A program made the position numbers and the translations under genes. Below, piece by piece: positions 1 through 13,774 of a DNA stretch of 64,000 bases (positions are counted from its first letter, which is position 1; every line of letters starts with the position of its first letter). The notes beneath the pieces were generated by a model. The model was not told where the DNA came from. It did not search any database and saw only the letters and a list, made by a program, of their open reading frames with translations. The DNA comes from Squalus acanthias. Lineage: Eukaryota. The stretch is from positions 126,668,001-126,732,000 of the forward strand of contig CM059431.1 in NCBI GenBank assembly GCA_030390025.1. The letters are read 5' to 3'.

Positions 1-759
1 ACATTGATGGCAAGGGAATAAATAGAGTTATAGAACAGGAGTCGAAAAAGATGGTTAAACATAAAGTGAGAGGAAATCCTATTAATAATGAGTTAAACTG
101 CCTGTACAGCAATGCACACAGTGTCCGTAATAAAACAGGGGAGCTGGAGGCAATCATGCGTTGCGAGGAACCAGACATAATAGGGATCACTGAGACATGG
201 CTACAGAAAAATCAGGACTGGGAATTAAACATTGCAGGGTATAATATATTTTAAAAAGATAGAAAGGGAAAATTGGGAGGTGGAGTAGCTGTACTTATTA
301 GTGATAACATAATGGCAGTAGAAAAAAGTGACGCATTTATCAGCGAGACAGAAATAGAATCCATATGGATAGGGATAATAGAAAAGAAAGGATCAATCAC
401 ACTAATAGGCATAGTCTACAGACCACCAAATAATGGAAGGGAGGTGGAGGAAGAAATATGCAGATAAATTAGGGAAATGAGTAAAAAACATAGAATAATA
501 ATCATGGTGGATTTCAACCACCCGATATTAATTGGACAGAAGAGGTAGGTAAAGGGGATAAGGGAATGGAGTTCCTACAATGTGTACAGAACTCCTTTCT
601 AATACAATATATAAAAAGCCCAACAAGGGAGGATTTGCTATTAGATCTAGCAATGGGGAATGAACCAGAGCAGATAAGAGAAGTAAAAGTAGGGGAACAT
701 CTAGGCAATAGTGACCATAATATAATACGCTTTAAGATGATAATTGAGAAGGACATAAG
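1..759 (+). mobile_element. CR1 LINE, 5' part of ORF2 (AP endonuclease), decayed; continues at 6883
   Basis: ORF fragments with APE motifs LYSNAHSVRNK, IGITETWL, GIVYRPP, LGNSDHNII; interrupted at 760 by an inverted CR1. Confidence 0.9.
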
Positions 760-1024
760 AGCATAAAAACATAAGAAATAGGAGCAGGAGTCGGCCATTT
801 GGCCCTTCGAGCCTGCTCCACCATTCAATCAGATCATGGCCGATCTTCTTCCTCATCTCCACTTTCCTGCACTATCCTCATATCCCTTGATTCCCTTAAT
901 ATTCAAAAATCTATCGATCTCTGTCTTGAATATACTCAACGACTGAGCCTCCACAGCCCTGTGGGGTAAAGAATTCCAAAGATTCACCACCCTCTGACTG
1001 AAGAAATTTCTCCTCATCTCAGTC

Positions 1025-1137
1025 CCACATTACAACAGTGACTACACTTCAAAAGTACTTCATTGGCTGTAAAGCGCTTTGAGACGTCCGGTGGTCGTGA
1101 AAGGCGCTATATAAATGCAAGTCTTTCTTTCTTTCTT
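1025..1137 (+). mobile_element. 3' tail of a Deu-type SINE with L2-like end
   Basis: GAAAGGCGCTATATAAATGCAAGTC followed by (TTTC)n; same family as 62950-63377. Confidence 0.75.
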
Positions 1138-2119
1138 TAAATGGCTGACCCCTTATTCTGAGACTGTGACCCTTCGTTCTAGACTCCCCAGCCAGGGGAA
1201 TCACCCTCCTTGCATCTACCCTGTCAAGCCCTGTAAGAATTCTGTATGTTACAATGAGATCACCTCTCATTCTTCTAAACTCTAGAGAATATAGGCCTAG
1301 TCTACTCAATATCTCCTCATAGGACAATCCCCCCATCCCAGGAACAAGTCTGGTGAACCTTCGTTGTACTCCCTCTATGGCTAGTATATCCTTCCTTAGG
1401 TAAGGAGACCAAAACTGTACACAATACTCCAGGTGTGGTCTCACCAGGACCCTATATAATTGCAGTAAGTTGTCTTTACTCTTGTACTCAAATCCTCTTG
1501 TAATAAAGGCCAACATACCATTTGCTTTCCTAATTGCTTGCTGTACCTGCATGGTAACTTTCAGTGATTCATGTACAAGGACACCCAGGTCCCTCTGAAC
1601 ACCAACATTTCCCAGTCTCTCATCATTTAAAAAATACTCTGCTTTTCTATTTTTCCGACCAAAGTGGATAACTTCACATTTCTCCACATTATATTTAATT
1701 TCCCATGTTCTTGTCCATTCACTTAGCCTGTCTATAACCCCTTGAACCTCCTTGCATCCTCCTCACAACAGCATTCCCACCCAGCTTTGAATCATCAGCA
1801 AACTTGGATATATTATATTTGGTCCCCTCATCCAAATCACTGAGGCAGATTGTGAATAGCTAAGGCCCAAGCACTGATCCTTGCGGTACCCCACTACTTA
1901 CAGCCTGCCAACCCGAAAATGACCCGTTTATTCCTACACTCTGTTCTCTGTCCGTTAACCAATCCTCAATCCATGCTAGTATATTACCCCCAATCCCATG
2001 AGCCCTAATTTTGTTTAATAACCTCTTGTGTGGCACCTTATTGAATGCCTTCTGAAAATCCAAATGCACCACATCCACTGGTTCCACCTTATGTATTCTG
2101 CTAGTTACAACCTCAAAAA

Positions 2120-2970
2120 ACAGGTTGGGTGATTGGGCAGAATCATGGCAGATGCATTATAATGTGGATAAATGCGAGGTTATCCACTTTGATGTCAAAA
2201 ACAGGAAGGCAGATTATTATCTGAATGGCAATAGATTGGGAGAAGGGGAAGTGCAATGAGACCTGGGTGTCCTTGTGCACCAGTCGCTGAAGGTAACCAT
2301 GCAGGTGCAGCAGGCGGTTAAGAAGGTATGTTGGCCTCCATAGCGAAAGGGTTCGAGTACAGGAACAAGGATGTCTTGCTGCAGTTGTACAGGGCTTTGG
2401 TGAGACCACACCTTGAGTATTGTGTGCAGTTTTGGTCGCCTTATCTGAGGAAGGATGTTCTTGCCATGGAGGGAGTGCAGCGAAGATTCACCAGGCTGAT
2501 ACCTGGGATGGCAGGAATGACGTATGAGGAGAGATTGGGTCGATTGGGCTTATACTCGCTGGAGTTTAGAAGAATGAGAGGGGATCTCATTGAAACTTAT
2601 AACATTCTAACAGGACTAGACAGACTAGATGCAGGAAGGATGTTCCCGATGGTCGGGGAGTCCAGAACCAGGGGTCACAGTCTAAGGATAAGGGGTAAGC
2701 CATTTAGGACAGAGATGAGGAGGAATTTCTTCACCCAGAGAGTGGTGAACCTGTGGAATTCTCTACCACAGAAGGCAGTGGAGGCCAATTCATTAAATAT
2801 ATTCAAGAAGGAGTTAAATATATTTCTTAAGGCTAAAGGGATCAAGGGATATGGGGAAAAGGCAGGGACAGGGTACTGAATTTGGATGATCAGCCATGAT
2901 CTCATTGAATGGCGGAGCAGGCTCGAGGGGCCGAATGGCCTACTCCTGCTCCTATCTTCTATGTTTCTAT
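2120..2970 (+). mobile_element. 5'-truncated CR1 3' fragment inserted into the inverted CR1
   Basis: ORF 2328-2879 is the CR1 RT C-terminus, followed by 3'UTR and TTCTATGT-type tail. Confidence 0.9.
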
Positions 2971-3450
2971 AAAACTCTAACAGGTTTGTCAAACATGATT
3001 TCCCTTTCATAAATCTGTGTTGACTCTGCCCAATCCTATTGTTATTTCCTAAGTGCCTTATTACCACATCCTTAATAATAGATTCTAGCATTTTCCTACT
3101 ACTGTTGTTAGGCTAACTGGTCTGTAGTTGTCCTTTTTCTCTCACCCTCCTTTTTTAAATAGTGGCGTTATATTTTCTACTTTCCAATCCGCGAGAGCCA
3201 TTCTAGAATCTATGGAATTTGGGGAAATGACAACTAATGCATCCACTATCTCTATAGCCACCTCTTTCATAACCCTCGGATGTAGGCTATCAGGTCATGG
3301 GGATTTATTGGCTTTCAGTCCCATTAATTTCTCAAGTACTATTTTTTTACTATTACTAATTTCTTTCAGTTCCTCATTCTCGCTAGACCCTTGGTTCTCC
3401 ACTATTTCCAGGAAGTTTTTTGCATCTTCTTCCATGAAGACAGACACAAA

Positions 3451-4277
3451 GGCTGTGATTTTTCCTATCGATGTGACTTGGGGGCGGGACAGCTGCCTTC
3501 CGGGTTCCAGTCCCACTCCCAATGACCTCAGGCGCAAAAATGATTTTGCGTCAATTGGCCTGGTTAAGCCCGCCCTGCCGGCCAATTAAGAGGAAGCCGG
3601 TGTCAGATGGCATCAGTTGATGATGCGTCATCTGCTGGTTTTCTTAAAGGGGCCACACAATTTTTTTGTCAGCTGATGTTTCAGTGTTTGACAACATTGA
3701 GCTTCTGCAAACACTGACAATCACTGTACAAAGGTGAGCCCTTGCACCCAGGCTCTCCAGTGACTCCCTCCTTAGGCTAGAACAGATGGCAGCTGCAGGT
3801 GAGGTTACAGAAGTGATCTGTCACTGGTGAGAGAGGTTCTCCCAATGAGGTGGGACTACACACACAATCCAAAACTTGTCACCTACAGAAAAGTGTAAAT
3901 GCATTAAAAATAATTTCCCCAACATTTTCTTACCTCTGAAACTCACCAGTGTGCCATTGGATCCTTCACACCACTTCTGCAGCTGTCATCAATGCAGAAA
4001 CATTACAGCAGACCCACAGCACGCCACGATTACCTGGCGTGGTGTCCGGACGTCGGACCTGTCAAAATTGCAAAAAGCCTCTTAACTGCCGGTTAACAAC
4101 CTGTTAACAAGCAGTTAAGTGCCTATAATCCTCTTCCTGCCGCTAGGTGTCAGGGTCCTTGCACAAGTCAGGGACCCAACACCTGGGAAGATTGTTTGGA
4201 GGCGGCTTGACAGCAGGTTTCCGACCCGCTGCCAATCTTTGTGATTTTGCCGGATGTCCCGCCTCCAAATTCCGGCC
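3451..4277. mobile_element. Non-autonomous Harbinger-like MITE
   Basis: Imperfect termini GGCTGTGATTT...AAATTCCGGCC; AAA on both sides; removal restores CR1 ACAGACACAAAGTATTTG; homologous to 46857-47711 and, inverted, to 27169-27984. Confidence 0.75.
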
Positions 4278-5649
4278 AAAGTATTTGTTTAATTTCACTG
4301 CCATTTCCTTATTTCCCATTTAAATTTCTCCTGTCTCAGCCTGTAAGGGACCCACATTTACTTTTGCTAATCTTTTCCTTTTTACATACCTATAGAAGCT
4401 TTTACAGTCTGTTTCTATGTCTCTCGCAAGTTTACTCTCATTTTTTTCTCCTTTCTTTATCAATTTATTTGTCCTCCTTTACTGAATTCTTAAAATCCTC
4501 CCAATCCTCAGGCTTACTGTTGTTTTTGGCAACATTATAAGCCTCTTTCTTTGATCTAATACTGTCTTTAACTTCTCTTGTTAGCCACAGTAGGACCACT
4601 TTTCCTGTGGATTTTTTGTGGCTTAAAGGAATGCATATTTGTTGTAAATTATGTATTAATTCTTTAAATGCTAGCCATTGCTTGTCTGCTGTCATACCTT
4701 TTAATATAGTTTCCCAATCTACCTTAGCCAACTTGCCCCCTCATACCGATGTAGTTTGCTGTGTTTAGATTTAAGAACCCTAGTTTCGGATTTAACTAAA
4801 TCACTTTCAAACTCAATATAAAATTCTATCATATTATGGTCACTCTTCCCTAAAGGCTCCTTTACTACAAGGTTATTAATTAACCCTTTCTCATTGCACA
4901 ATTCTAGATCTAAAATAGTCTGTTCCCTAGTTGGTTCCTCAACATATTGATCTAGAGAACTATCTTGCATACATTCCATGAATTCGTCCTCCACACTATT
5001 ATTGCAAATTTGGTTTGCCCAGTCTATATGTAGATTCAAGTCCCCCATGATTACTGTATTACCCTTGATACATGTGCCTCTAATTTCCTGATTTATACTC
5101 TGCCCTACATTACAACTACTGTTTGGGGGCCTATAAACAAATCCCACCAATGTTTTCTGCCCCTTGCTGTTTCTTAGCTCCACCCAAACTGATTCTACTG
5201 GATTTTCTAAGCTAAGATCCTTTCTCTCTACTGTATTTATCCCATCCTTTATTATCAGGGCTACCACTCCTTCTTTTCGATTTTGCCTATCTCTTCTAAA
5301 AGTTAAGTATCCTGGAATATTTAGCTCACAACCTTGGTCACTCTGCAACCACGTCTCCGTTATGGCTATTAGATCAAACCTGTTAATTTCTATCTGCGCT
5401 ATTAATTCATCTATTTTGTTGCGAATGCTTCGCGCATTCAGATATAGAGCCTTTAGCTTTGACTTATTTCTATTTTTCCCTGATGTCACCTTAGTCACTG
5501 ATGTCTTATTACCTTTGTTACTCTCTCTGTCCCTTCCTGACCCACTCTGCTTATTTTTATCCCAGAGTCTACTCTGCTCTAGAGCCTTGCATTGCTCTCA
5601 CTGCTTTTAAATTTACTCTTTCCTGAATCCTCCCACCACCCCCCCTTCA

Positions 5650-6609
5650 TTAGTTTTAAGCCCTGTCTACTGTCCTAGTTATTTGGTTCACCAGGACACT
5701 GGTCCCAGCCCGGTTTAAGTGTAGCCCGTCCCAACGGAACAGCTCCCTCTTTCCCCAGTATTGGTGTCAGTGCCCCATGAACTGAAACCCCTTCCTCCCA
5801 CATCACTCTTTGAGCCACACATTTAAACCTCTAATCTGTTTGTCCCTATGCCAATTTTCACATTGCTCAGGTAACAATCCAGAGATTATTACCTTTGAGG
5901 TTCTGCTTTTTAATTTGGATCCTAGCTCCTCAAGCTCCCTCAGCAGAACCTCATGCCTAGTTCTACCTATGTCGTTGGTTCCTATGTCGATCACGACAAC
6001 TGGATCCTCCCTCTCCCACTCCAAGTTCTTCTCCAGCTGCGAGGAGATGTCTTTAACCTTGGCACCAGGCAGGCAACACAACCTTCGGAACTCTCGGTCG
6101 CGGCTGCAGAGAACAGTATCTATCCCCCTGACTATACTGTCTCCTACCACAACTACATTCCCTTTCACTCCTCCCACCTGAATGGCCTCCTGCACCATGG
6201 TGCCATGGTCAGCTTGCTCATCCATCCTGCAGGCTTTTCCCTCATCCACACAGGCAGCATGAACCTCATATCTGTTGGACAAGGGCAAAGGCTGAGGCTC
6301 CTCCAGCAATGCACCTTGGGTTCCCTTACCTGCCTGAGTTGCAGTCACACCCTCCTGTCCCTGACCACTAAGCAGACCTGTACCACTACCTAACCTAAGG
6401 GGTGTGACTGCCTCCTGGATCAAAGTGTCCAGATAACTCTCCCCATCCCTGATGCCCCGCAATGTCTGCACCTCAGAATCCAGCTCAAAAACTCTGAGCT
6501 GAAATTCCTCAAGATGCAGGCACTTACTGCAAACGTGGTTGTCCGGGATCATAATGCTCTCCACAAACTCCCACAAGCTGCAGTTGCAGCACACCACCTG
6601 CACTGCCAT
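5650..6609 (-). pseudogene. CR1 ORF1: N-terminal Cys zinc-finger, coiled coil and SGNH esterase domain
   Basis: CCNC...CSKC, VVGDSIVRG, IGTNDIG and downstream WDGLHLN; in-frame stop at 5803. Confidence 0.85.
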
Positions 6610-6882
6610 CCTTATATGACCTTGTTTTATTTAATTAAAAGTAATGAAATTTGTAATTAGGTAACTTAGTTTACAGTGTTGTTTCTTGACTACTTACTTG
6701 ATCTAGATTAAGCTAAGGGTACTGAAATTAAATATCTACCTATAACACAAAGCACTACAAGTAGTGTAGGCAAAAAGCCGCAACTCCTTCCCCCTCTTCT
6801 CTGAATTCCCACTCTTTCCAAATTCCCAAATAAAACACTCTGTTCAAGTCCACTTCCTTTAATCCTGCTCTGTGCAGAATGC

Positions 6883-9112
6883 CATAAGTATGACGAAAAC
6901 CAGGTTAATAGATTAGAGAAAAGCTGATTTTGAGGGGCTGAGAATAAAACTTGGGAAAATAAAATGGGCAACAGTATTGGCAAATAACGATGGAAAACAG
7001 CAATGGGAAACATTTAAAACGATATTCAACAGAGTGCAGGAAAAATATATTCCACTTAAAGGAAAGAACAAGCTAAACACTAATGAGACTCCATGGATGA
7101 ATAAAACCATAAGGGAACAATTGAGGGTAAGGAAAGAGGCATACATTAAGTACATGGACAGCAGGGGAGTGCATGATAAGGTAGAATATGAAGAGATTAT
7201 GAGAGAAGTCAAAAAAAAACAATTAGGAAGGCAAAGAGGAACTATGAAATTAAATTATCAAGGAACATAAAACAAAATAGTAAAATATTTTACAGGCACA
7301 TCAATAAAAAAAGGAAGTTTGGGATGGTAATAGGGCCATTAAGGGATAGACAGGATAATACCACAGGTAATGAGAGAGAGATGGCAGAAATATGAAATCA
7401 TTATTTTGCTTTAGTATTTACCAGGGAGCTAGAACAGGTGGACATGACATTGGATGATGAGATTAGTAATGAGATAAGTGCATTTAAAATAAAAAGAGGA
7501 GATATATTAAATAAACTAATCAAACTCAAAGAGGATAAAACCCTGGTCCGGATGGATTGCATCCACACATTTTAAAAGAATCTAGGGAAGAGATAGCAGA
7601 CGCATTACTAAACATATTTAATAATTTGTTAGAAAAGGGTGTAGTGCCAGAAGTCTGGCGGATAGCTAACATAATACCTATATTCAAAAAGGGGGATAAA
7701 ACATGTCCAGGAACTATAGACCAGTCAGCTTAACATCGGTGGTAGGTAAAATAATGGAATCCCTACTAAAGCAGAAAATAGAAGAACATCTAGAAACCAA
7801 AAATATAATAAGGAATAGTCAACATGGATTTCAAAAGGGAAAGTCTTGCTTGACCAACCTCATTGAATTTTTTGAAGAGGTAACAAAGAGATTAGACAAT
7901 GGTAATGCAGTAGATGTAATTTATCTAGATTTTCAAAAGGCCTTCGATAAGGTACCCCATAATAGACTGATGAACAAGGTCAGAAAATGCAGAGTCAGGG
8001 GACAAGTAGCAGAATGGATAGCTAGCTGGCTTCCAGACAAAAAGCAGAGAGTAGGGGTAAAGGGTAGCTATTCATAGTGGCAGAAGGTGGGTAGTGGTGT
8101 CCCACAAGGATCAGTGCTGGGACCACTATTGTTCACAACTTACATTAATGATTTAGACTTTGGAATCAAAAACACAATTTCTTAATTTGTGAATGACACC
8201 AAATTGGGGGGATAGTCAATACATGGGAGGACTGCAACAAATTTACAGGATGACATTAATAAAATTGCAGAATGGACATGTAATTGGCAAATGAAGTTGA
8301 ACACAGACAAATGTGAGGTATTACATTTTGGTAGGAAGAATGGGGATGTCAATTATTACTTGGAGGGTGCAAGTCTGGGTGGGGTAGAGGAACAAAGGGA
8401 TCTCGGAGTACAAATACACAAATCACTAAAAGTTGCGACACAGATTAACAAGGCCATAAAAAAAGCAAACCAAGCACTAGGGTTTATTTCTAGAGGGATA
8501 GAATTGAAAAGTAGTGAAGTTATGCTAAACCTGTATCAAACCTTGGTTAGACCACACTTCGAATACTGTGTACAATTCTGGGCACCATGTTACAAAAAGG
8601 ATATAGAGGCACTGGAGAGGCTGCGGAAAAGATTTACAAGGATGATACCAGAAACGCGAGGGTATACCTATCAGGAAAGGATGAACAGGCTGTGTCTCTT
8701 TTCTCTTGAAAAAAGAAGGCTGAGGGGTGACCTAATAGAGCTCTTTAAAATTATGAAAGGTTTTGATAGAGTGGATACAGAGAGAATGTTTCCACTTGTG
8801 GGGAAGAGCATAACTAGAGGCCATCAATATAAGATAGTCACCAAAATATCCAATAGGGAATTCAGAAGAAACTTCTTTACTAACAGAGTGGTGAGAATGT
8901 GAAACTCACTACCACGGAGTAGTTGAACCAAATAGTATAGATGCATTTAAGGGGAGGCTAGACAAGCATATGAGGGAGAAGGGCATAGAGGGTTATGCTG
9001 ATAGAGTTAGATGAGGAAAGACGGGAGGAGGCTCGTGTGGAGCATAAATGCCGGCATCGACTGGTTGGGCCGAATGGCCTGTTTCTGTGTCATATATCCT
9101 ATGTAATCCTAT
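6883..9112 (+). mobile_element. CR1 LINE, remainder of the copy starting at 1 (RT and 3'UTR)
   Basis: NYRPVSLTS, QHGFQKGKSCLTNL, YLDFQKAFDKVPH, RPHFEYCVQFW; ATCCTATGT-type tail. Confidence 0.92.
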
Positions 9113-10449
9113 ATAACTAATGTGACTATTTAAATTGAAAATTAAAATGGTGTACAATTGTACCACAAGAATCAAAATGTTGCCTATGGTTTGCATACTG
9201 CTGAATTGAATTTGGTCTGCACTTCATGGCATTCAAGAAAAATAGTGATGTAAAAACTTTACAAAGTTCGTGAAATGAATTCTCAGGAGAACGCCACTTT
9301 TGTAGAGCAGTATGTATCAGTATGCCGATATTTAATTATGTTTTGCTGGATTTATATTGGATGGTTTATCAGCTCCTCGACTTTTACGTGGATTTTCATT
9401 TTTTTTTAAGTGGGTCTTCTCATCTCAGCATGTATGTGCCAATTAAATCATCAAGTTTGGCATTACGTATAACACTCTTACTCGATAGCAGTGGGATGTC
9501 TCGAGCGGGAAAGCCTTAAGGGAGAAAAACAGGGGACGGCACTGCTTTTAGAGACTGAATTTTTGAGAAGAGCATATCTGGGACACGGAATGCAGGAAGT
9601 GGAAACCTAATGATGTAATCATCCAAGAAGCTCACTAATAAACTAGCTTGCTCAGCAAGTTTAATTATGGCAAAATAATGAAAATAAAATGAGATATTAA
9701 AAAATTGCAAACTTGTCCTGCGCCAGTTAATCAGTTCTGATTCAGAATAACTGATGCAAGCTAGAAAACTAAATGGCAAAATGACACCACAGCAGTTACA
9801 GCAGTCGTACATAACATCTGCTGCACCACAAATCTTTCCCCGCAGCTGATATAAGCTGAATTTGTGCTGACGTTTTGGAGCAGTTCCTGAGCCAACACAA
9901 CAAACCCCATTGGGGCATTAACATTTTTTTCCTGCTCTTGCCTGCTGTATGTGTGCAAAATAGTTGTGTGTGGATATAAATAATTCAGAACTGTCTGCTC
10001 ACCTTCTGAGCTTGAGTCTGTTCCCCCTAGTTTCAAATTTGTGGTAATGTCAAACAATTTATTACGGTTCCATTTATTTATACCCCTTAGAAACTTCACA
10101 AAAGTGTCACCTGAGCATTTTTTCCCAGTGTAAACATTCTCAGCTGCCCTAGTTTCTGCTTGTAGCTTAGGCTCTTCCCAATGTATTTGCTGGGGTGCAT
10201 TTGCCTGCGGCTGCTGCCACTAACCCAGCTGAAGTTCATGGAGGTAGGTGGTGGGGCCATAAAAAGGCGGGCCTTTGAAGCCTGGGTCAGGGGAGTGGGG
10301 GAGGGGGGGGGTGGTCACATCTGAAGAGTACCACAACAGAAGAGGCCACATGCAGCAGTGTACGTGACCAGCTCGGGGGGTGGGGATGTGGGGGGCTGCA
10401 GAGTGGGAATGTCAGCCCCCCAGCTACAATTATATATTATGCCATCAGA

Positions 10450-11822
10450 AGGTTCTCTTTGTAAGTTCGACTTTTCTGTCTCCATCACTGGGGATAGGCT
10501 ATTGACAAACATTCACTAAAAGCCCACTGACTCCCACAGCTACCTGGACTACACTTCCTCCCACCCCGCTTCCGGTAAGGACTCGATTCTATTCTCCCAG
10601 TTTCTCCATCTCCGCCGCATCTGCTCTGACAATGCCACCTTCCATACTAGTGCTTCCAACATGTTTCCTTTTTCTTCAACCGAGGATTCCCCTCTGCTGT
10701 GGTTGACACGGCCCTTGACCGTGTCTGTTCTATTTCCTGCACTTCTGCTCTCAACCCTTCCCCTTCCTCCCGGAACCACTATAGGGTTCCCCTTGTCCTC
10801 ACCTTTCACCCCACCAGCCTCCACATTCAACGGATCATCCTCCGCCATTTCCGCCACCTCCAGCATGATCCCACTACCAAACACATCTTCCCCTCACCTC
10901 CCCTTTCAGCATTCCGAAGGGACCGCTCACTCTGCGACACCCTGGTCCACTCCTCTATCACCCCCAACACACCTTTCCCTTCGCCCGGCACCTTCACGTG
11001 CAAGCACAGGAGATGCAACACCTGCCCTTTTACCTCCACCCTTCCCACTGTCCAGGGCCCGAAACACTCCTTCCAGGTGAAACAGCGATTTACTTGTACT
11101 TCTTGCAATTTAGTATACTGTATTCGCTGCTCACGATGAGCTCTCCTCTACATTGAGGAGACCAAACACAGATAGGGTGACCGCTTTGCGGAACACCTCC
11201 GTTCAGTCCGTAAGGGTGACCCTGAGCTTCTGGTCACCTGTCACTTTAATGCTCCGCTCCACTCCCACTCTGACCTCTTGGTCCTCGGCCTCTTACACTG
11301 TTCCAATGAAGCTCAACGTAAGCTCGAGGAACAGCACCTCGTCTTTCGATTAGGCACTTTACAGCCTTCTGGACTCAACATCGAGTTCAATAATTTCAGA
11401 TCATAACCTCTGCCCCTATCTTTTTTTTTCTTTTTTTTTCTCTCTTTCTCACATGGCAGCTGTCAATCATTCTGCCATTGCCATTTACACTTCATCTAGA
11501 GTCATCTGTTGTTTCTTAACTTGTCCCATTACCATCTCCTTTTGCCTTGCACCATCAGCCCTTTTGTCTCTTAATCTCTCCTGCCTTCCATCCTATCACA
11601 GACCTCCCCTTTTGTTCTTTCCTCCCCTCCTCCCTTTCCCTGCCCCTACACTTGCTTAAAAACCTGTTCCTTCTCCAACTTTTTTCCATTTCTGATGAAG
11701 GGTCATCGACCTGAAATGTTAACTCTGTTTCTCTTGCCACAGATGCTGCCTGACCTGCTGAGTATTTCCAGCATTTTCTGTTTTTATTTCAGTTTTCCAG
11801 CATCTGCAGTATTTTGCTTTTG
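10450..11822 (+). mobile_element. Penelope-like retroelement, 3' part (RT thumb, GIY-YIG endonuclease, terminal repeat)
   Basis: HSYLDYTSSHP, C..RCNTC, LVYCIRC, RKLEEQHLVFRLGTLQPSGLN; terminal repeat with hammerhead motif at 11688-11724. Confidence 0.88.
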
Positions 11823-12669
11823 TAGAAGATCCTGGTGTCTGAGGCCTGACATGCAGCTCCAGGAAATGCTGAAGCTGAGCAGGAGCAGCACAGTGCGCTG
11901 CCCCTGTCTAGTGCTGCATGGAGAGGTCAGGAAAATCTGCCCTTATATTTATAAAAAGGAAGAGTTCGAACAAAGGTTAAGAGTTAAATTAGAGTATGGA
12001 GAAAAACAAGAAGAACCGGCCATAATGCATACAGAATCAGCATTCACAGTAGTTATCTCAAAAATTCACTACCTGAGCATAAACTGAAATTGAGACACCT
12101 CTGTGATTATGGAAAACAGTTTGATGTCTATGAGACTTAGAGTAAACAACCAAGGGCTGGAATTCTGTTCCCGTGTGCTGGTGGCACAGTCACACACTGG
12201 GCGCAGAGGGAAGGGAAATCTGGGTTTACAGTCAGTCAGACAGATTTGCGTTTGTCCTGGGTTTCTCAATGCATAAGCCCTGGGGCTTCCTCTGACATTC
12301 TTAGAGATAGTTCCAGAGCAGTAACCTCCTGTAGCTAAGGGAGAAATGCATTAGCATCTGGCTGAGAGAGGAAGGATTGCAATTTATACTAAATGCCCTC
12401 AGGCACCTTCTGACTGCTAATGAGTGCATGACAAACACAACTCACCCCAGGCTTCATGTCTGACATTCATGTGTGCACTTGCGCTCCCATTGTTTTCAGC
12501 AGCAGAATAAGCAACTGAGAACACAGATTCCTTGACAGACTGATTTCCTAATCTCAAAATTACAAAATATAATGAACTAAGCTGAACTATAGGAAAAGCA
12601 AAGAAGATATTCTAAAATACTCATTGTATAAAATGGAATATTGTAAGCTGAGGTGAATCATTGAAGAAT

Positions 12670-12892
12670 ACAACAACAACAACAACTTGCATTTATAGAG
12701 CACCTTTAACGTAGTAAAACGTCCCAAGGCGCTTCACAGGAGTATTAAAAGACAAAAAATTTGACACCGAGCCACATAAGGAGAAATTAGGGCACGAAAG
12801 TGGTAGGTTTTAAGGAGCATCTTAAAGGAGGAAAGAGAGCGAGAGAGGCAGAGAGGTTTAGGGCCTAGGCAACAGAAGGCACAGCCACCAAT
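12670..12892 (-). mobile_element. L2 LINE 3' end fragment
   Basis: Matches the 3' end of the L2 at 30745-31010; (CAA)n tail. Confidence 0.75.
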
Positions 12893-13774
12893 ATGAGTGC
12901 AGTTGATCATCAGTCTGTGACGTAATTAAGAAAAATGGCCATTCTAAACCACACTCTGGGGATTCTGGGAAATCTAAAAGGGTTAATTCTTGCATTCTGA
13001 AAAATTCTTGTCAGACAAAGTACACCTACATCCTCGAATTATCAGATGATTCCAATTAATGCTGAGTCCCATCTTCAACTAGGGCTTAAGCAAAAAGATG
13101 TATAACACTTAATTGGAATCCCATTCTTTATCAAACTAATTAAAATTAAGCAATTATGGTTTCAGACACTCGTCAATCCATTTGAAAGGGTCCTTGGAAA
13201 AGATCCATGTTACAGAATTGATCATCTTGGTTGATCACTAATGGTTAGTTTGTTTAGGTGGGATACCTTTAGTAAAGGTACATAAGGCCATACTTTGTTG
13301 TCCCAAATATGAAGATTTCAAGACAATTTTGAAAGGTTAGAAGATGAAAAGGAAGCAATGAGAAATTTCAATTTCCTGATTGGCCGGAAAGGAGCAGCAG
13401 TTAAAATGTGATCGCCAATCTACGAATTTAGCTCTGCTGGTTTTGGCAACAGTTAAATGCAAATCGGTATCTTCTGACATACAGTTCTCGTGCATGGCAG
13501 TTAAGCATAGAACGTGTGATCAAGTCAATGGATGCTGCAACTGGGCTCTTCCTGCAGTAGTCACTGGCACTTACAATAACATCTCTCAGGGATGCTCATA
13601 CTCAGGCCGTACAGGCTCTGGACTCAGCCATCAACTTTGCATCAACAGGCTGGGAGAGTGAATGGATAGGGATGATACAGTCTGCTCTTCCATAGGTCAG
13701 TGGAAGTGCTGAACTGCAGCACAACAGTAGGAGCAGTCATGCAATGAGAATGGAACATGTTTCCCTTCTGAGGA

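Larger units (their letters stand above)
760..6882 (-). mobile_element. Full-length CR1 LINE (5'UTR, ORF1, ORF2, 3' tail), decayed, with nested insertions
   Basis: ORF1 at 6609-5650; ORF2 fragments 5498-900 ([38 protein letters not shown]); tail at 760-780; CATAAG duplicated at 754-759 and 6883-6888. Confidence 0.9.
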
